Positions 1-13,738 of a stretch of 64,000 nucleotides of DNA are shown one piece after another. Below the pieces are notes generated by a model that was given only the letters and a program-made list of their open reading frames with translations, searched no databases and had not been told where the DNA came from. Each line of letters opens with the position of its first letter. The first letter of the stretch is position 1. A program made the position numbers and the translations under genes. This stretch comes from Catajapyx aquilonaris (taxonomy: Eukaryota): contig KZ537991.1 in NCBI GenBank assembly GCA_000934665.2, forward strand, positions 62,001 to 126,000. The letters are read 5' to 3'.

Positions 1-1687
1 TCCCCTTGTAATTTGGCAACGTCATTCACATCCGCCTATAACTGTCGGAATATCGCAGTGTCATCTGATAGAACAACAGCGCCTACCGTCCCCATTTCCA
101 TGGTGAGTTATAATCACGTCTGCTGACACCGGTGTTCAGCTTCCGCTCGCCTTTTTTTTGTTATAAGTCTAATGAGGGTATTGGCACCTGGTTTGAAAGT
201 GACGGCGGAAATAATGCATTGTAAGGAGTTTCCATAGTTGGAGTGGGAAAAATGGTGCCTAGGTTGATTTATATGGTGCGGAAAACGGAGAATGTTCCTG
301 GTTTATGCGAGGTAATTGATTTAGATGGAGGTTTCATCAAATTGTAGTGTATTATGCAAATACCTGGCAAATCTTGTTAGGGAGTTTTATGCGCAAAGTG
401 CTGTCAATAAATAGTGATTTACGTCGATGCGTATCCTTTGGAGAGCCGTGTTCATAAAATCAATGTTCTGCAACGACTCCCCCAGAGCTGTTTTCCCTTT
501 TAAAAAAAGAGTATCAAACTCTCTGAGGAAAGAGGAAGCAAGAGGGAGCTTAAGCGAGGCCCTCCCAATTTTTCATTTCTCAAAAAAACCCACATTCAAT
601 TAGAAAACGCGGCTATAAATCCCGCCGAGGATCATTTAATTGGCAACTCCATTTCATGCAACGCGAGGGGTTGGATGATTAAAAAAAAAACAGCGGTTAC
701 AAACGACCATCCGAAGCGATAATGACACTCGAACCCAACAATGCAGGATTCACTGGTGATAACAAAATTAGGGATATACGTCGCACAAAAAAACACGTGG
801 GGGGGGGGGGGNCCTCAATCGTGGCCGAGATTGACCAGTTCAGAATATTTTTTATAAAAAATCAAGGGGGGCGTATAGAAAGCTAGGAGAGTGGGGGGGA
901 ATGGTTGAAAAGAAAATTCGGAGCAAGTTCCATTTGGCCCATTCCTGGCTTCCTCATGCAGAAACACGGCGTTCCAGGAATATGAGTTTGAATGATGATC
1001 TGAAAGGATGCTATCAATTTTGGGCCTTATATCGCTCTGCCGCAGTCCTCACACTGATCGAAAATTATAGTTCCTTGGGGTGATATAAAAACATAGTTCC
1101 TCTGAGGAGGGGTAGGGGGAGAGAGGGGGTGTGGAGGTATAAAAAGAGAGCATGGAAAGCATCACAAGAGTATCATGGCTCTCGACCCATGGGCGTCTGC
1201 CTGCTCTTTTCCCGTTTACTCGATATTAGGTGCGGGTTGGAGCAGAATATAGAAGAACGAGAGGGTATATATAACAGGGGAAGAGAGGGGGAAGGAGGAA
1301 AAGGGAAGAGGAGGTTTCCTTCTACCCTCACCCTTCTCCCCAATACCTACAAGCTGCGCCTGTCATAACACACTATAAGCTCTTACATTCTAATGCAATC
1401 TCATCCATCATCTTGTGACAAAAGAGATTTTGCCTCATTCAAAGAGGGGGGGAAGGGCCGATGACAATGGAAGAAGTCGGCAAGAAAGCATGATTGAGCA
1501 CCGTGCCAGGAATCAATGCTGCTGCATCCCTCCTTTTTCCCTACACTCGCACCCAACCCCCTACCCATTCCCATCAGCACGCCTTCTCATGCACAACATA
1601 TGCACTCATCACTCTCAAAGTCTGATGGCTCCATTCGGCCATTTTTGCAAGGGGGGGGGGGGGGGAANAAGGGGGGGGAAAGGATAT

Positions 1688-1992
1688 CAGCGCCCTCCAA
1701 CGGGACGCTTTTACGATCCACACGCCATCTGACGGGCAAAGCGCCCTTTATCATGCACAATGATTATGACATGCTGGTAAATCTCTGCAGTTTTCTTCAT
1801 TTTTAACCGCAAAAATGATTGTCCATTCAGATCTCCAAAATCCAGGCTCCGTCCAGCTTCAGGGAATATTCGCAGTTATCTCATGGCAAGTTAGTGCGAC
1901 CCCCATTTGCCTTCCTCCCCCATCGTTGGCCCCCCACAGAATCAGCGCCATCTAACGGGGACGCCTTCCAACCCTTGGCGCCATCTATCCTG
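1688..1992 (-). promoter_or_regulatory. Cluster of four co-oriented CTCF-like motifs
   Basis: Minus-strand reads are CCCGTTGGAGGGCGCTG (1688-1704), CCCGTCAGATGGCGTG (1721-1736), CCCGTTAGATGGCGCTG (1943-1959) and CAGGATAGATGGCGCC (1977-1992). They resemble the CTCF core CCRSYAGRKGGCR. Motif match only. Confidence 0.4.
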
Positions 1993-2198
1993 TAAAAGCG
2001 ACCTCACCTGCACTTCCGAGCGCGACAAATCGTTCCAAGCCGGGGCCATTTTAGAACCTGCCACGAATAGGGACGAGACCCCGGGAGCCTGGAAAATCAG
2101 CTAATGCTCCGGAAAACCCTGCCTTTCTCAACACCTCCTCCCAATAACGGCCGCTCCGTTTAGTCTGGCGAGGTAATCAAGAAAACAGCCCTTCCGGC

Positions 2199-2237
2199 AT
2201 GGAATTTATGTCGCCGGCTGCACATACAACTGCTGAG
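2199..2237 (+). CDS. Candidate short first coding exon (MEFMSPAAHTTAE)
   Basis: ggcATGG start context and 13 open codons ending exactly at a consensus donor GAG|GTAAGT (phase 0). No homology recognised. Confidence 0.18.
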
Positions 2238-5200
2238 GTAAGTTCTCTTTATGTCTACACCAATCAGGAGAGTGTCAGGTAAAGGAAGAAAGAAACGAAC
2301 AAGGCCGTTTCCTTAGGAAAGGACCGGAATCAGAGAAAAGAAAAAAAAAAACTTTTTTTCCCCCCTCCTCTTTCAAAGCTCGTAATGGCGTCCCCCCTCT
2401 CTATCTCTCTACCAGGTAGATGCATTTAACCTGCTCTTCGAAAAGCGAAAGAGGAAGAGTAGAGTCTGCCTTCAATCAAGTGCCATTAGAATCCATTCAC
2501 TTCGCCTTTCTTCGGCTCTTCGGCAGCACGAGGGTGTTAAAGATTAATGTTTTTTTCCTCCCTCCTCCCCACCCCCTAACTCTTACAGTAGGGGGGGGGG
2601 GGGCTAGACGATGTGAATTGCAAATTGGTGCATTGTTGCTCCATATTTCATGATCCATTGCTTTACGCCCTCCTCAGGCAACAGGGATTAAGACGCTTCG
2701 CATTCATGGTGTAAAAGTTCATTTATCAGTAATTTATGGCCTGATCCTTCACACTTCATAGCGATTAGGCCAAGGCTCCAGCGATTTGAATTCTGAATAA
2801 AAACCTAGCAGCTGCTATTTTGTTCCTGTTACTAGCTAAAATTGCTGTAATTGTGGCCAGCAGCAGTGATTTGCATCAGTAAAATCTGATCGTTGGTTCA
2901 TAGACTCCCCATAAAATACCAGTACATCAGAGTCTACATCATAGTGATAGTCATAATATAGACTAGAGCTCTTCAAACTTCTGATCACTTTTACATTCGA
3001 GAATGGCAGTCGCTGGTTAGTTGAAAATCACTTTTTTTCCCCCAGTGAGTATAATTTCCAAGAGCCTGCCCTGGTTTAGATAGAGTTTAGCACACAAATA
3101 GCCTCCGAAAAAATTGACATGTGATGTGAACCAATTTTCGGCAGCTCCAGTTATGAACGCACGAATGGGAGTTTTGGAAGCAAGGCCTGTCCTCACGTAA
3201 TCCTCCATTCCCCCCGGCGTCACGTATCAGTTGCAAACCACGCATTACCGTTGTGTTGACTCCCATTCCTATCAATCCATCATTAGGAGAGCGCAGCAGT
3301 TTGGCAGCCATAAAAAACAACCCCCTAGGAACACACACAAAAAAAACAGCAGCTGAGTCAGGTCTTCCCCCCTCTCTCTGCAACCCAATATGGCCCCCTC
3401 AAAAAGTGCAACAAACCTGCTGTCGCCATGTAACAAATCCAGGGCTGGCCAACATCCCGCATCATTCCCGCTAAACTAAGCCTCTTGGTTTCCGTCAATA
3501 CCCAAAAAAACACTAGAGGGAAAAAGACACTTGTCGCTTTTTTCTCTCTCCCCTCCATACAAGAGAACTGGGCCGAGACTTGGGTGAGGATTACAAGGGA
3601 TGCGACGCCATTAATATTCTTCCCTCGGTTGCACCAGGAGACTCGAGTAATCCCCAGGAACAGGCATGAGTAATTGCCATCGTGATGAATCTTTTCGAAC
3701 GGGGGTGGGCTATAAATCAAAAGGGAAGGGATTATGAGTGACAAGCTGCTGATTTGAGGTGTGATTTTTTCCGCTATTGTTCATATCCGGTGCCATTTGA
3801 GCAGTGATCAAGTGCGGATTCCCTCCAATCACCGCCAATGAATACAAATGGAGCACGACCTAATTGCAACTTGGTTTGTTTGTTTTTTTGTCAAGTTGCT
3901 GTACCGATTGCAGGCTGGACAGTTATGCAGCACTTATTAACGAATTAATTGCTGGATTTGGCGAATGACACTCCCGAATCTTGCTGCCACTCAAAACTGT
4001 AAGGGTGCCATCAGACCTCACTCATTAATTTAAAATGTACCACAAAATATTAAGTTTAAAATGTCGCAGTGCTCAGTTTCAAGCATTTCGATACATGTCA
4101 CGATGTCACATTTCCTAGTTATTCTTTCACACACTCGATGCTACACCAGAAAGTTCCCACAATGTGTGAATCAACCATCAAACTTTCTCTCTCATACAGT
4201 CCATTCAGTGATAGTCACTGTTGTGGTTTGCCTGAATATCTCTCTCCTAAAAGTACTGTAAACTCCAGGATATGTCATTGAATTCGGTGCAAAAATATAT
4301 CAGCATTCAGCTGTGATTGAGGATGAACCCCATTTGACTCGCTCGCTCGTTCACAAATCTTCAGGAAAGGCGACAATTTTCGGGGGTACATGTACACAAC
4401 GAGCGCAATTCAAAACGAGCCAACATGACTTATTCATGATGATATTATCCTGCATCAACCAATCTTTTCTGATAATGACAAAGTGACAGAAAACACAGGC
4501 CAGGGGGGGGGGGGGGGGGGNTGCCAACCGGAAAGCTGGTTCACCCCCCTCCCCTCCCTTCCCTCCCACCATTCCCTGCATACGCTGGTTTTGCATTAGT
4601 GGTCGATGGATTGAAATTAGGGCCCGATGTCGGATAATCGGTCAACAGGCGACGAATAAAGAGATAAACAATGTAACAAAGTTTAGGGTAATGACGATGA
4701 CAAGCGCTAATGGACGTTTTGTTTACGGCCACAAATATATAAATTCCATCGCATTACCAGCCATGGTGTCAGTGCGTTGGAAACACCCGGATTTTATCTC
4801 TGTGAAGGGTGTGGGGGGAGGGGGGGGGAGGAAATTAAGTAAACGTGCGCGAAACTTTGCTCAGTAATTGAAACGTAATGCCCCTTGGTGGACACTCCCA
4901 ATAGGAAGATAATATTTCCCGTGCTCTGTAAGGGGGGAAGGTCTCTCTCTCTCTCCCCTCTAGTCCTGTCTCTCGTAATTCGACATTTTATCTCCCGGGT
5001 CAATCCTTTGCAAGCCTTCTCAGGAAGCTGTGTATCAGCATCTCCCAGCAGACTCCGCCAACTGGGCGTGTGGCAATTTCCGTTTTCTGCGAGGCCGGAA
5101 GAGCGTCACCCCACGTCATTGGCAAGGTGGACCCTAATTATTCAGTTTGGCAAGAGGGTGGGCGGCACCTCTACCCCGCCCATTTCCCATATCCAAACCT

Positions 5201-6799
5201 TTCCCCAGAGTTCGGACGCCAATTAATCCGCCAGACACACAGGAACAACCCACAGAAATTTTCTATTATTATTATTTTTTTTTTCTTTTGTTCGCGGCTG
5301 GAGTGACATGTGCTGCGGGGTTCACATGATGACGCGCAGGGATTAAAGGACGCCCGATCCTGTGGGTTTCGACGGGACTTCATCATGGGCTGGCATGCAC
5401 TTGAACAATGCGACGCATTCGGGCCAGTCTAGCAGATGCGCTGGTTTTGATTCGGACAGTACCGCGTGTGGTAATCACCTGATATCAAAAACGATGATTT
5501 ATGCGTCAAAGTTACGGATCAACGCTACGCGAAATAATGCCAAAATCGCTGGGGCTGTCAGAGTTGCCTACATTGGAATTACTGCACATTCAGGTATGAT
5601 CAAGTTTAGTCTGCCCATATGATGACGCTCCGATGTGGTTCTTTGACACTGTGAGTCCCACACGTGATTCCAAAAACTTCAGTTTTTGTCATTAAATTTG
5701 CATTTGCAAATTTTTTCAGTTTAATGGAATAATTCATGTTGAAGGCATTACCCTACATTTCTGACAAAAGGCTAATTTAAAAAAATTCAGACCTCAAAAT
5801 AGACGCATCAGAAAAATGAGGGCAAGTAGGACGGTTCCATCCAAGTTATATTCATCTCGCTATATCCCGCGGTAATTTTTAATATGCCTATTTCTGTCAG
5901 TAACCTATTCTCGCTGCTGGCGCATGTAATTAATTTCGCCTCATCTGGATACGCCTGATTCCCTCTGTAATGGTGGCGTCACACCTTGAATTTAGGCCTG
6001 TCACACCGTAATATTACTCTAAAGAGGAGCCTGATGGATAATTATAGTCGTGAGCAGAAGGTCCATGGGAACATAAAAAGCACACCGTGGTAAAAGCGAG
6101 TTAATTTTGAGAATGCGTGTAAGGTGTGATAAGTAACGTGAAGAAGTTTGAGCATCCCACCTCAATACAGCTACCAAAATATAAATTCTGACTGTTCTGC
6201 AAATCACGTCTCCAGTTGCAGCCCGTTCCTTCAAAGAATCCCAGCGGATTGCACAATTCCGGCCAGAAGTACCCTGTTGCACCGAACCCTCCAGGTGATA
6301 CGAGGTCCACTCAGGAGTGACGCGAATCGGATTCGTCCAATCCTCAAGCGACGCGTCTCGCACGGGGTCCCCCGAACAACGCGCAAGGATTCCTCCGTAA
6401 CGGTCGCCATTTCAATGCATTCCGACGCTCTGGTCGCCTTGTCTCCTTGCAGACGCCTGTCCATTCGGAAGAGACGTGCGTGGATCAAGCCCGGCAGATA
6501 GAAAAGAAGAAGAAAAAAACTAAAAATAGAGAGGCCAAGACCGCATCTCCACCGTGTATCACCCTAATTAACAGCCGCTCGACCAAATTGGATTAGCTAC
6601 GATCCTCCTCGGTCCCTCCTCAGGTCAAAAGAAACGCATTTAAAAGCTTGCCCCCGGGGTCTCCTCTCCTGGAAGGAAGAAGAATTGGAAGGAAGGAACT
6701 GGAACTGCTAATGCCGTGGAGTTAGACGTGACCCGCCTGCCTGTGTCTCCCTCAGACTGGGGCTCTTTAATTAAAACCTACCAGAATTTTTTTTTCTAG

Positions 6800-6846
6800 G
6801 GAGGTTTCCTCTTGCCAAAGGGCCAACGGGATAGGTGAAGCGTCAG
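6800..6846 (+). other. Candidate 47-nt internal exon
   Basis: Acceptor TTTTTTTTTCTAG| and consensus donor CAG|GTGAGT. Only one reading frame is open (EVSSCQRANGIGEAS). Confidence 0.2.
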
Positions 6847-9800
6847 GTGAGTCTTGTTGCGCATCGCTAATGCTTTCTTCTTCTTCTTCTTATATGATTT
6901 TTTTTTTCTTGCCCCCCACTCTATTTTCGAGATTGGTGGTGCAGTTGGGATAATATCGAGCCGTTTAGCCGCTTGGCCGATAGCAGGGCGTGGCTGCTAC
7001 TGCCAAACACGGCCATAACTCGGAAATATAGGCCGCGCTCGTGACGGGTGTGCAAATTCTTGGCGCTACCATAACGCTGAAATATACCGCGGATGGGCGC
7101 CAAAGCAGTTTTGCAGCCGGGGAAGGAAAAGAGGAAGAGTTTCTCCTCAAGGTAGACAGTATATAACGTCAGAAGTGGGGCCCTGCAGGCTCATCAAAAA
7201 ACCCTTCGCGCCAAGATTCCCCCCCCCNCCCCCTCTTCCTCCGAGTAAAAACTTTCCATTTTTGGCCCAAATGAAAATTTCGGTCGGGGGCTCGAACCCG
7301 CGGAAGGCAATTAGGTAGGAGAGCCGTGTTGCCGACAATTACGACAAGCCACCGGCACTATCTAAGCTCCTCTTGATAACCTGCACTATGTGAAGTATCT
7401 GCTTAATTAAGCGAGCTTAATTAAGCCTGGGCGAGGCCGCTTACCCCCACGTGTCTCATTCTCCACTTGCTTTTGGGTGCTGCCGTGTTACAAGACAAGG
7501 CAGCAGCAGTGGAGAAGAGACCCTTCCCTAAAGTTTGCGTCAGCACTTCGATTCCCCAACCCGAAGGACCATATGGCCGACTACTAAAACAGGAATAAAA
7601 TCCTCTTAAAAACACAAATGGCTGTTTCCCCAACTTCCAAGGGTGGGTCCGGAATTAATGATCCATTACCGGTGACAATATTACGTGCAACAGAGACTGT
7701 GTTTTTGGGATGAAGAAGAGGGGGAGGAGAGAGAGGGAGAAAAAATGACATGTACTTAAGAAAATTGGTCTAGAAGCACCTTGGTTCAGTGAACCTGGAG
7801 GTGTACATCAATGCATAGTTTATGGTTAAGGAACCGTAAAAAAAAGAAAAGAAAAGTTGTGAGGCGAAGGATTCCGTTCGGGATGGAGGACCTGCCTAAT
7901 GGGCTCGGTAAAGAACGACCTAGTCGGTTTGTTGGTTAGCAGTCGTTGGAAGAGGAGGAGTTTGGGGAGGTCTGCCCTGAGGGAATATTATACAAACTTT
8001 GGAAGCAGCCTTCCAATTATTCCGCAACTCCACAAACTGAACGAGTGTGTAAACACATAAATCGAGAACTTCCTGCAGATATTCCACCGCCGAGAAAGAA
8101 GTCAAAAACAAGAGTGCGCGGGAAGGGAGCTGCTCCAGACACCGAAACGGAACTGCGACTCTTTTTTTTAAAGCAGTCTGCTTGAAATTTTATACAGGAA
8201 ACCAACAAGTCGGAAAATGCATGCCCCCAAACTCAGGGTCGGAAATGCAACTGTACTGTTCAAACTAAATAAAAGCCGCAGAGTCGTGCGGAAACTGGAT
8301 AGGAAATACAGGAAGTTGCCAGGTTGGGCTGCAGTTCTAACATGTCGTTAGTCGTTTAACCAACTGAAACTATAGCCCAGAACGTCATTACTTATGACAG
8401 TTTTTGTTACGAAAAAAAATAAAAATGAAGAAGTTTGCAAGTACCGATGGTTTAGAGTGGAACAAAATGCGGGTTCCGCTTCTCAGGGCGTAGAAAGTTT
8501 CATGGGGGAACTACATGAAAAGCGAAGGGGGGGTTCGAGATAACGAAGTTTGCGGGGGTGATCATCTTGCAGGCTTTTCAAATGCCGCTTCTCCCTTTGC
8601 CTTTCTTCCTCCAAAAAGAGCGCTCGTGCATCATTTCCTTCATCATTCTCTGGGTTCAAATTATACAACGCGCATTCCCCTCCCTTTCCACAATTTTTAT
8701 CTCTCTCTCTCTCTCTTTCCAACAAGCCGCAGTCAATATTCCGATCACATTTCGAGTCTTCCCAACTTATTCTTGCCTATGTGGGAAGGCTTGGGTCATC
8801 GGCATTTATTTTTGTAGCGCAGGTTCAGGGCGTCCATTCATGTCACCCGCAAAACTGTGTGTGCCGAACTACGCGTCAACGTTTCAATTCAATCGATATT
8901 GGTTAAAACCGACCTATACTGGGTAGCACCTGAACGCCATTTTATCACACCGCCCAGTATTAAGCTGTCAGCCTATTTTTTTATTCGGAGGTTCTGTTCA
9001 CTGGGGAGAGGACAATTTTTCTCACTTCTCTCTATCCCCGCCTCCAATGGACAACGTCACGTGCCAGTCCGATAAGATGAGAATTCGCCCATCAATTGTC
9101 CCATTTGGCAAAAGCATGAATGCACGAGGGTTACATATTTGTGGGAACAAGGGAGGATTTACCAACAGCAAAAAAATGCGGCTGGGGGGCACCCCAGTTT
9201 GCTCTAAATCGTTGTATTACGTGATGGCTCCGATGCGGAAGGGAGATTTGGTGTGTGTGTGGTATGGGTGAAAAGATCGATGAATATCATTTGTCCATGA
9301 AAATAAGGATAGGGAAGGGGGACACAAAATGTGTGGTGTTTTTGTGTGGGGGAAGAAGCGAGAAAAAGCTTTTTTCCCTACTTTACGCTAATTCCTCTCT
9401 TTGCCTGCCCTGCAGATCAAACGTAGTGTTGTTCACAGCAGGAATAACACTTCAGCCTGTTCTCATGACTTTGAATAGGCCCCCCTTTTCTCTTTGACAT
9501 TGTTGAGAGGAATTGGATGAGGGAAACTGCGAGGGAGATGGTATGTATGTATATACAGAAAAAAGAGGCCAAGTCCTGGATATTGTGGGAAGTGGAGATG
9601 AGATTTGGCTGGGCTCTACAATAGGCTTCGTCATGGCGGGTAATAGACCTCGCACATGGTCAGAAGGGGAGGGTGGGGTATGTCTGTCCGCCTCAGAGAG
9701 CATGTATAAAAGGGCCAGCGGAAAAGGCCCGTGTCAGCACCCAATCCGCAACACCTGCCCTGCTCCACTTGGAGGGGTGCTTGCCAAAGCCGACACTTTT

Positions 9801-10417
9801 TTGGGGGAAGCCACTGCAGGGGTTGGTGGTGAGGAAAATTGTGATTAAAAAAAACTGTAATCGGACTACTAACATGTATGTTACTCTGAAACCAAATATA
9901 GTTAACACAAATGCAGTTTTTCCAGTGCAAAATAATCACCCGAAATCATCGTAGTGATTGCAGTATCGATGACACAGATTGGCGATATGCGATTTTGGGT
10001 GCACCACTAATTGCTGATAGCATATCAGCATTAAAAGTATGCAGAGTGCATTTAAATTTTTTTTCCCATGGCGCGACAGATAGATGGCGACACTCTCCGA
10101 TTCAGCGCATCATAAGTTATGACATCCAAGCACCCTCATCTAGAAGCCGAGCAAACTATGGCTGGAAATACCGGATGGATTGTTTATGGGCCTTTCCATG
10201 ACAAGATACTCCCGGATACGTTGTAAAGGGAACGGTGTAATGGAACGCTGCGGCGAGTCCTAACACTCTGGCCCATAATGGCTGCCTTCCATTCATTTTC
10301 TATGGATTAGCTTTAAATTTGGGCGTAGAAGCGGCGCAGGGATAATATCTGCCCTTCCCCTCGTCTGCACATTACTGCAGAGCTGGCTAAATAACCCACA
10401 GATTACCAAAACCGGGC

Positions 10418-10483
10418 AACAAAGATGGCGCCAGATAAAAGCAAAGTGCCCGGATGTGGACGTCACCAAGAACAAAGATGGCG
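10418..10483 (+). promoter_or_regulatory. Paired YY1/Pho-like sites
   Basis: AACAAAGATGGCG occurs identically at 10418-10430 and 10471-10483, matching the YY1/Pho core AANATGGCG. Confidence 0.35.
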
Positions 10484-13400
10484 TTCCAAGCGGGTGGGGT
10501 GGGGCGAAAAAATGGGCGCTTTAGAGTCCGTTTATCCATCAATCAAAATCATATCTGCAAGATGATAGTACGGAAGTTCGAGGCTATATTACCAGTCTAT
10601 TAAAGCCCCGGCTAGAATGATGGAATTGCAGTCTTGGATCATGCAAGCACCCACAAAAGGACTATAACTGAAGCCATTGTTCCTTGAGAGGTGTTGCTGC
10701 TCCTGTTGGTCAAACGATATTATTAGCCTAACCAGCACGTTGGAAAATCTTGCTCGATCTAGCTTCGTCCCACCCCAAAAAAGAGGCCGTCAAATGAGGC
10801 TGGCCGGGTGTCCACAGTTGGTTGGATACGGGGCTAGTAATGCGGGTTTTTATGTCACTCCCCCGGATCTCACCCGAGGCGAGGGGATCCGGAATTTTTT
10901 CCTGGGCTTGTCCCCTCCGGTCCTTTCCACACCTCCTGCTGCCGCCTCGTGCCCGGAAAAAAGGGGGGGCCACGTGAGGGGGCGACAAAAGAAAGGAACC
11001 GGACAAAAGGTGGGGGTCCGGACTGGTCCGTTGACAAGTGACGCATAAATGGGAGAAGCCGTGACGCGGGGCGTTTCCTAATGCGACTCCAATTTGACAC
11101 CGTTGCCGTAATTAGTATTGAATCAGCCGAGCGGTTTGTTAATGACGTGGGAAGCTGGCCTTATCTCGTTAGGAGTCATTGGCTCATTAAAGACGGGGAG
11201 GTCGGATGAAATCTATTAGTAGCCTCCGCTCATTAAGGAACCGGAGGAGGAGGGGGATGCTCTCTCTCACTCTCACTCCGAAGATGAAGTATCTGCACCA
11301 CACTATGAAGCTTATCTAATGACACCTTTACTCCTCGTAAACGCGACTAAAAATGACCGGTGTTGACACAGTACTAAGTATACCGTCCGGTACAAGCACA
11401 TCGGACGGGCTATCAGCCACTATAATTTAATCAAGAGACAAAGGCGTTCGGTTGTTGCAAAGATGAACGCATACTGGCAAAAAATATTATCCATGAATTC
11501 AACCTACTGTACAAAATAAAATTAGAAAATTTCAGTAAGCCTACACTTGTGATTCGTTTTGCAATTTTTTTGCTACATAAAGTTGATAGAAAGCAGCTAA
11601 ATTATATTTTATATATTAATATCAACCTTTCGACGCTGCTCATCAGCTTATTTATCGTAGATAAACATTCACCAGACGTCCAAATAACATATGCCAGACG
11701 GTCCTCTTCACTGACCAGATTATCCTAAATTTATTATATACGCATCCTCGTCACGCAGTTACCAAGAGTATAGTCTACACGCTATTCTTCTGCACCCAAA
11801 AAATTGATTTCCAGTTCATCACCTGAAAATAACGGCCATCAAAAAACTCACGTGCCAACAAGTTGCGGCCACGCGCTCCTATTTTTTTCCCCACCACCTG
11901 TATCAATTCTCCGAACAACATGAAACATTTTTCAGCATTGAGATATGGCAACCTGGCTTGTTCCTTCGACCTTTTTTTCCCCCCCTTTCCTAATTTTTTT
12001 TTCCGGACCAGACCCCAACCCCTGGGTCCATCTGATGTCCGCCCCCTTCTCCCAGGCGGTCATCAAACGGAATTAGTGCGAGAGATGTCGAATCGGGCCT
12101 AATGAAGGGAATTGAGGCCCGCTTCTTCTTTGCTCCGGAAAATGTGCAGTGTAACTGCAAAGGATGGACAAGGAGTCGTCAAGGAGAAGGGGCCAAGAAA
12201 TTGGGCAGAATTGTGGTCGGTGCCTTTGGGCTCATCCTAGAATTTTTTTTGTGTGGTCAGAACTTCTGGCGTGAAAGATTAAACTGGCGGCTGCCTTGTG
12301 ACCTGTCATGGCCGAAGAAGCGAGCGATGATTGTACTCGTTCCGAAAAGCATTCAATTCCGATTTTTTTTCTTCTTCTTCCTTTCCCTTTTTTTCCCTCC
12401 CTATCTCTCCAGAATATTCGTGAAGCGAGCAAAAATGTGGAAACCGCTCGCATTTTTATCGGAAAATACGAACCGACGGGTTGGGCTCGAGTCTTATAAT
12501 CTCAGGGATTACGGAATCCACCGGCTATAATCCCGCAAAATTGGGAGCCAAAATAGCACTTTACCTTGCAATTGAAGTGCAGCATATTAGCGGCCTGCAA
12601 AGAAGAGGACTGTAATTAGTGGGTTTAATTTAAGCCTACCTAAGTGAACTAGCGCATAACCATAAAGAACTAGTGCAAATTTTTTGTACAAATTTTTTTG
12701 GTGGGGTGGGTAGTACCTTCTAAACATAGACACAACAACCGGTACGTCACATTGTCAGGTGCATTTCAGGGAGTTGCAACTTGTGGGACCTCCCAACACT
12801 CATCTCTGCAAAATCGTGTTGTGTCTCTCCCTGGCCCCAAAATAGCTGTTGGGTAGAAAATTGGTCGCCTGCACTCATCTCCTGCAACAATTCCAACCCA
12901 ACCCCCTCCCAAAATGACACTCCGGGTTTCACGAGGCTGAAGCCATCAGATTGCAATTTCGCCAAACCGAACCTGATGTGCGAATGACACAATTCCGCAA
13001 CGTTGAATAGGCATCCATCTGCACATCACACGGAATAATAATCGCCAACTGTTGTTTTTTTGTTTTAAAAAAAAGGTGCGAGCCGGATTATTAATGATTC
13101 GATCACACATAACTATCCCATTATATTAACTTTAACCATCGCTGATCACGTCCATTGGTAAAGGACCTATTGTGTCTTCTTTTTTTTGGCATTTATTTTG
13201 CGAGCTGCCATCGACGCGTCATTGCCCCCAACAACACATTGTCTCTCAGCCCGATGCACTTGATATTCAGTGGGTGACATCAAAACTCTCCCGAGGCATC
13301 CGGACAAACGATCTGTCTGCCGAACCGCAATCCCACTTTTCTGCTCGTCATACCCGGGACACAAAACTCGGTGGGGCATTCCATCTTGTATTTTCGGAGC

Positions 13401-13597
13401 AAAACTGCCTCCCAATGGCCGCTTTCCACACCATTTTGTACCGCAAAAAAGGTCCTAACATAAAGAAAGAATTGCTTGCAGCACTCATAAGCTGGTAATG
13501 TGTCGTTATTTCCAACCCCGCTTCAGTTTGCGCATGCTCACTCGGCGATAGATCGAAGCGCTATTTTGTGTAACTGCTATTGCATGCTGGTAGCAGA

Positions 13598-13738
13598 TAA
13601 CTGCAGTTTAAGTTTGATGTAAACTGCAGATGTACGAGCTAACTGCAGATGTACGAGCTAACTGCAGATGTACGAGCTAACTGCAGATGTACAAGCTAAC
13701 TGCAGTTTATATCCAATTTAAACTGCAGTTAGCTCGTA
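13598..13738. repeat. 19-bp tandem repeat with inverted terminal segments
   Basis: AACTGCAGATGTACGAGCT starts at 13622, 13641, 13660 and 13679, with a partial unit at 13698. Segment 13598-13629 is an imperfect inverted copy of ~13700-13731, and 13690-13709 pairs with 13719-13738 (19/20). Confidence 0.9.
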
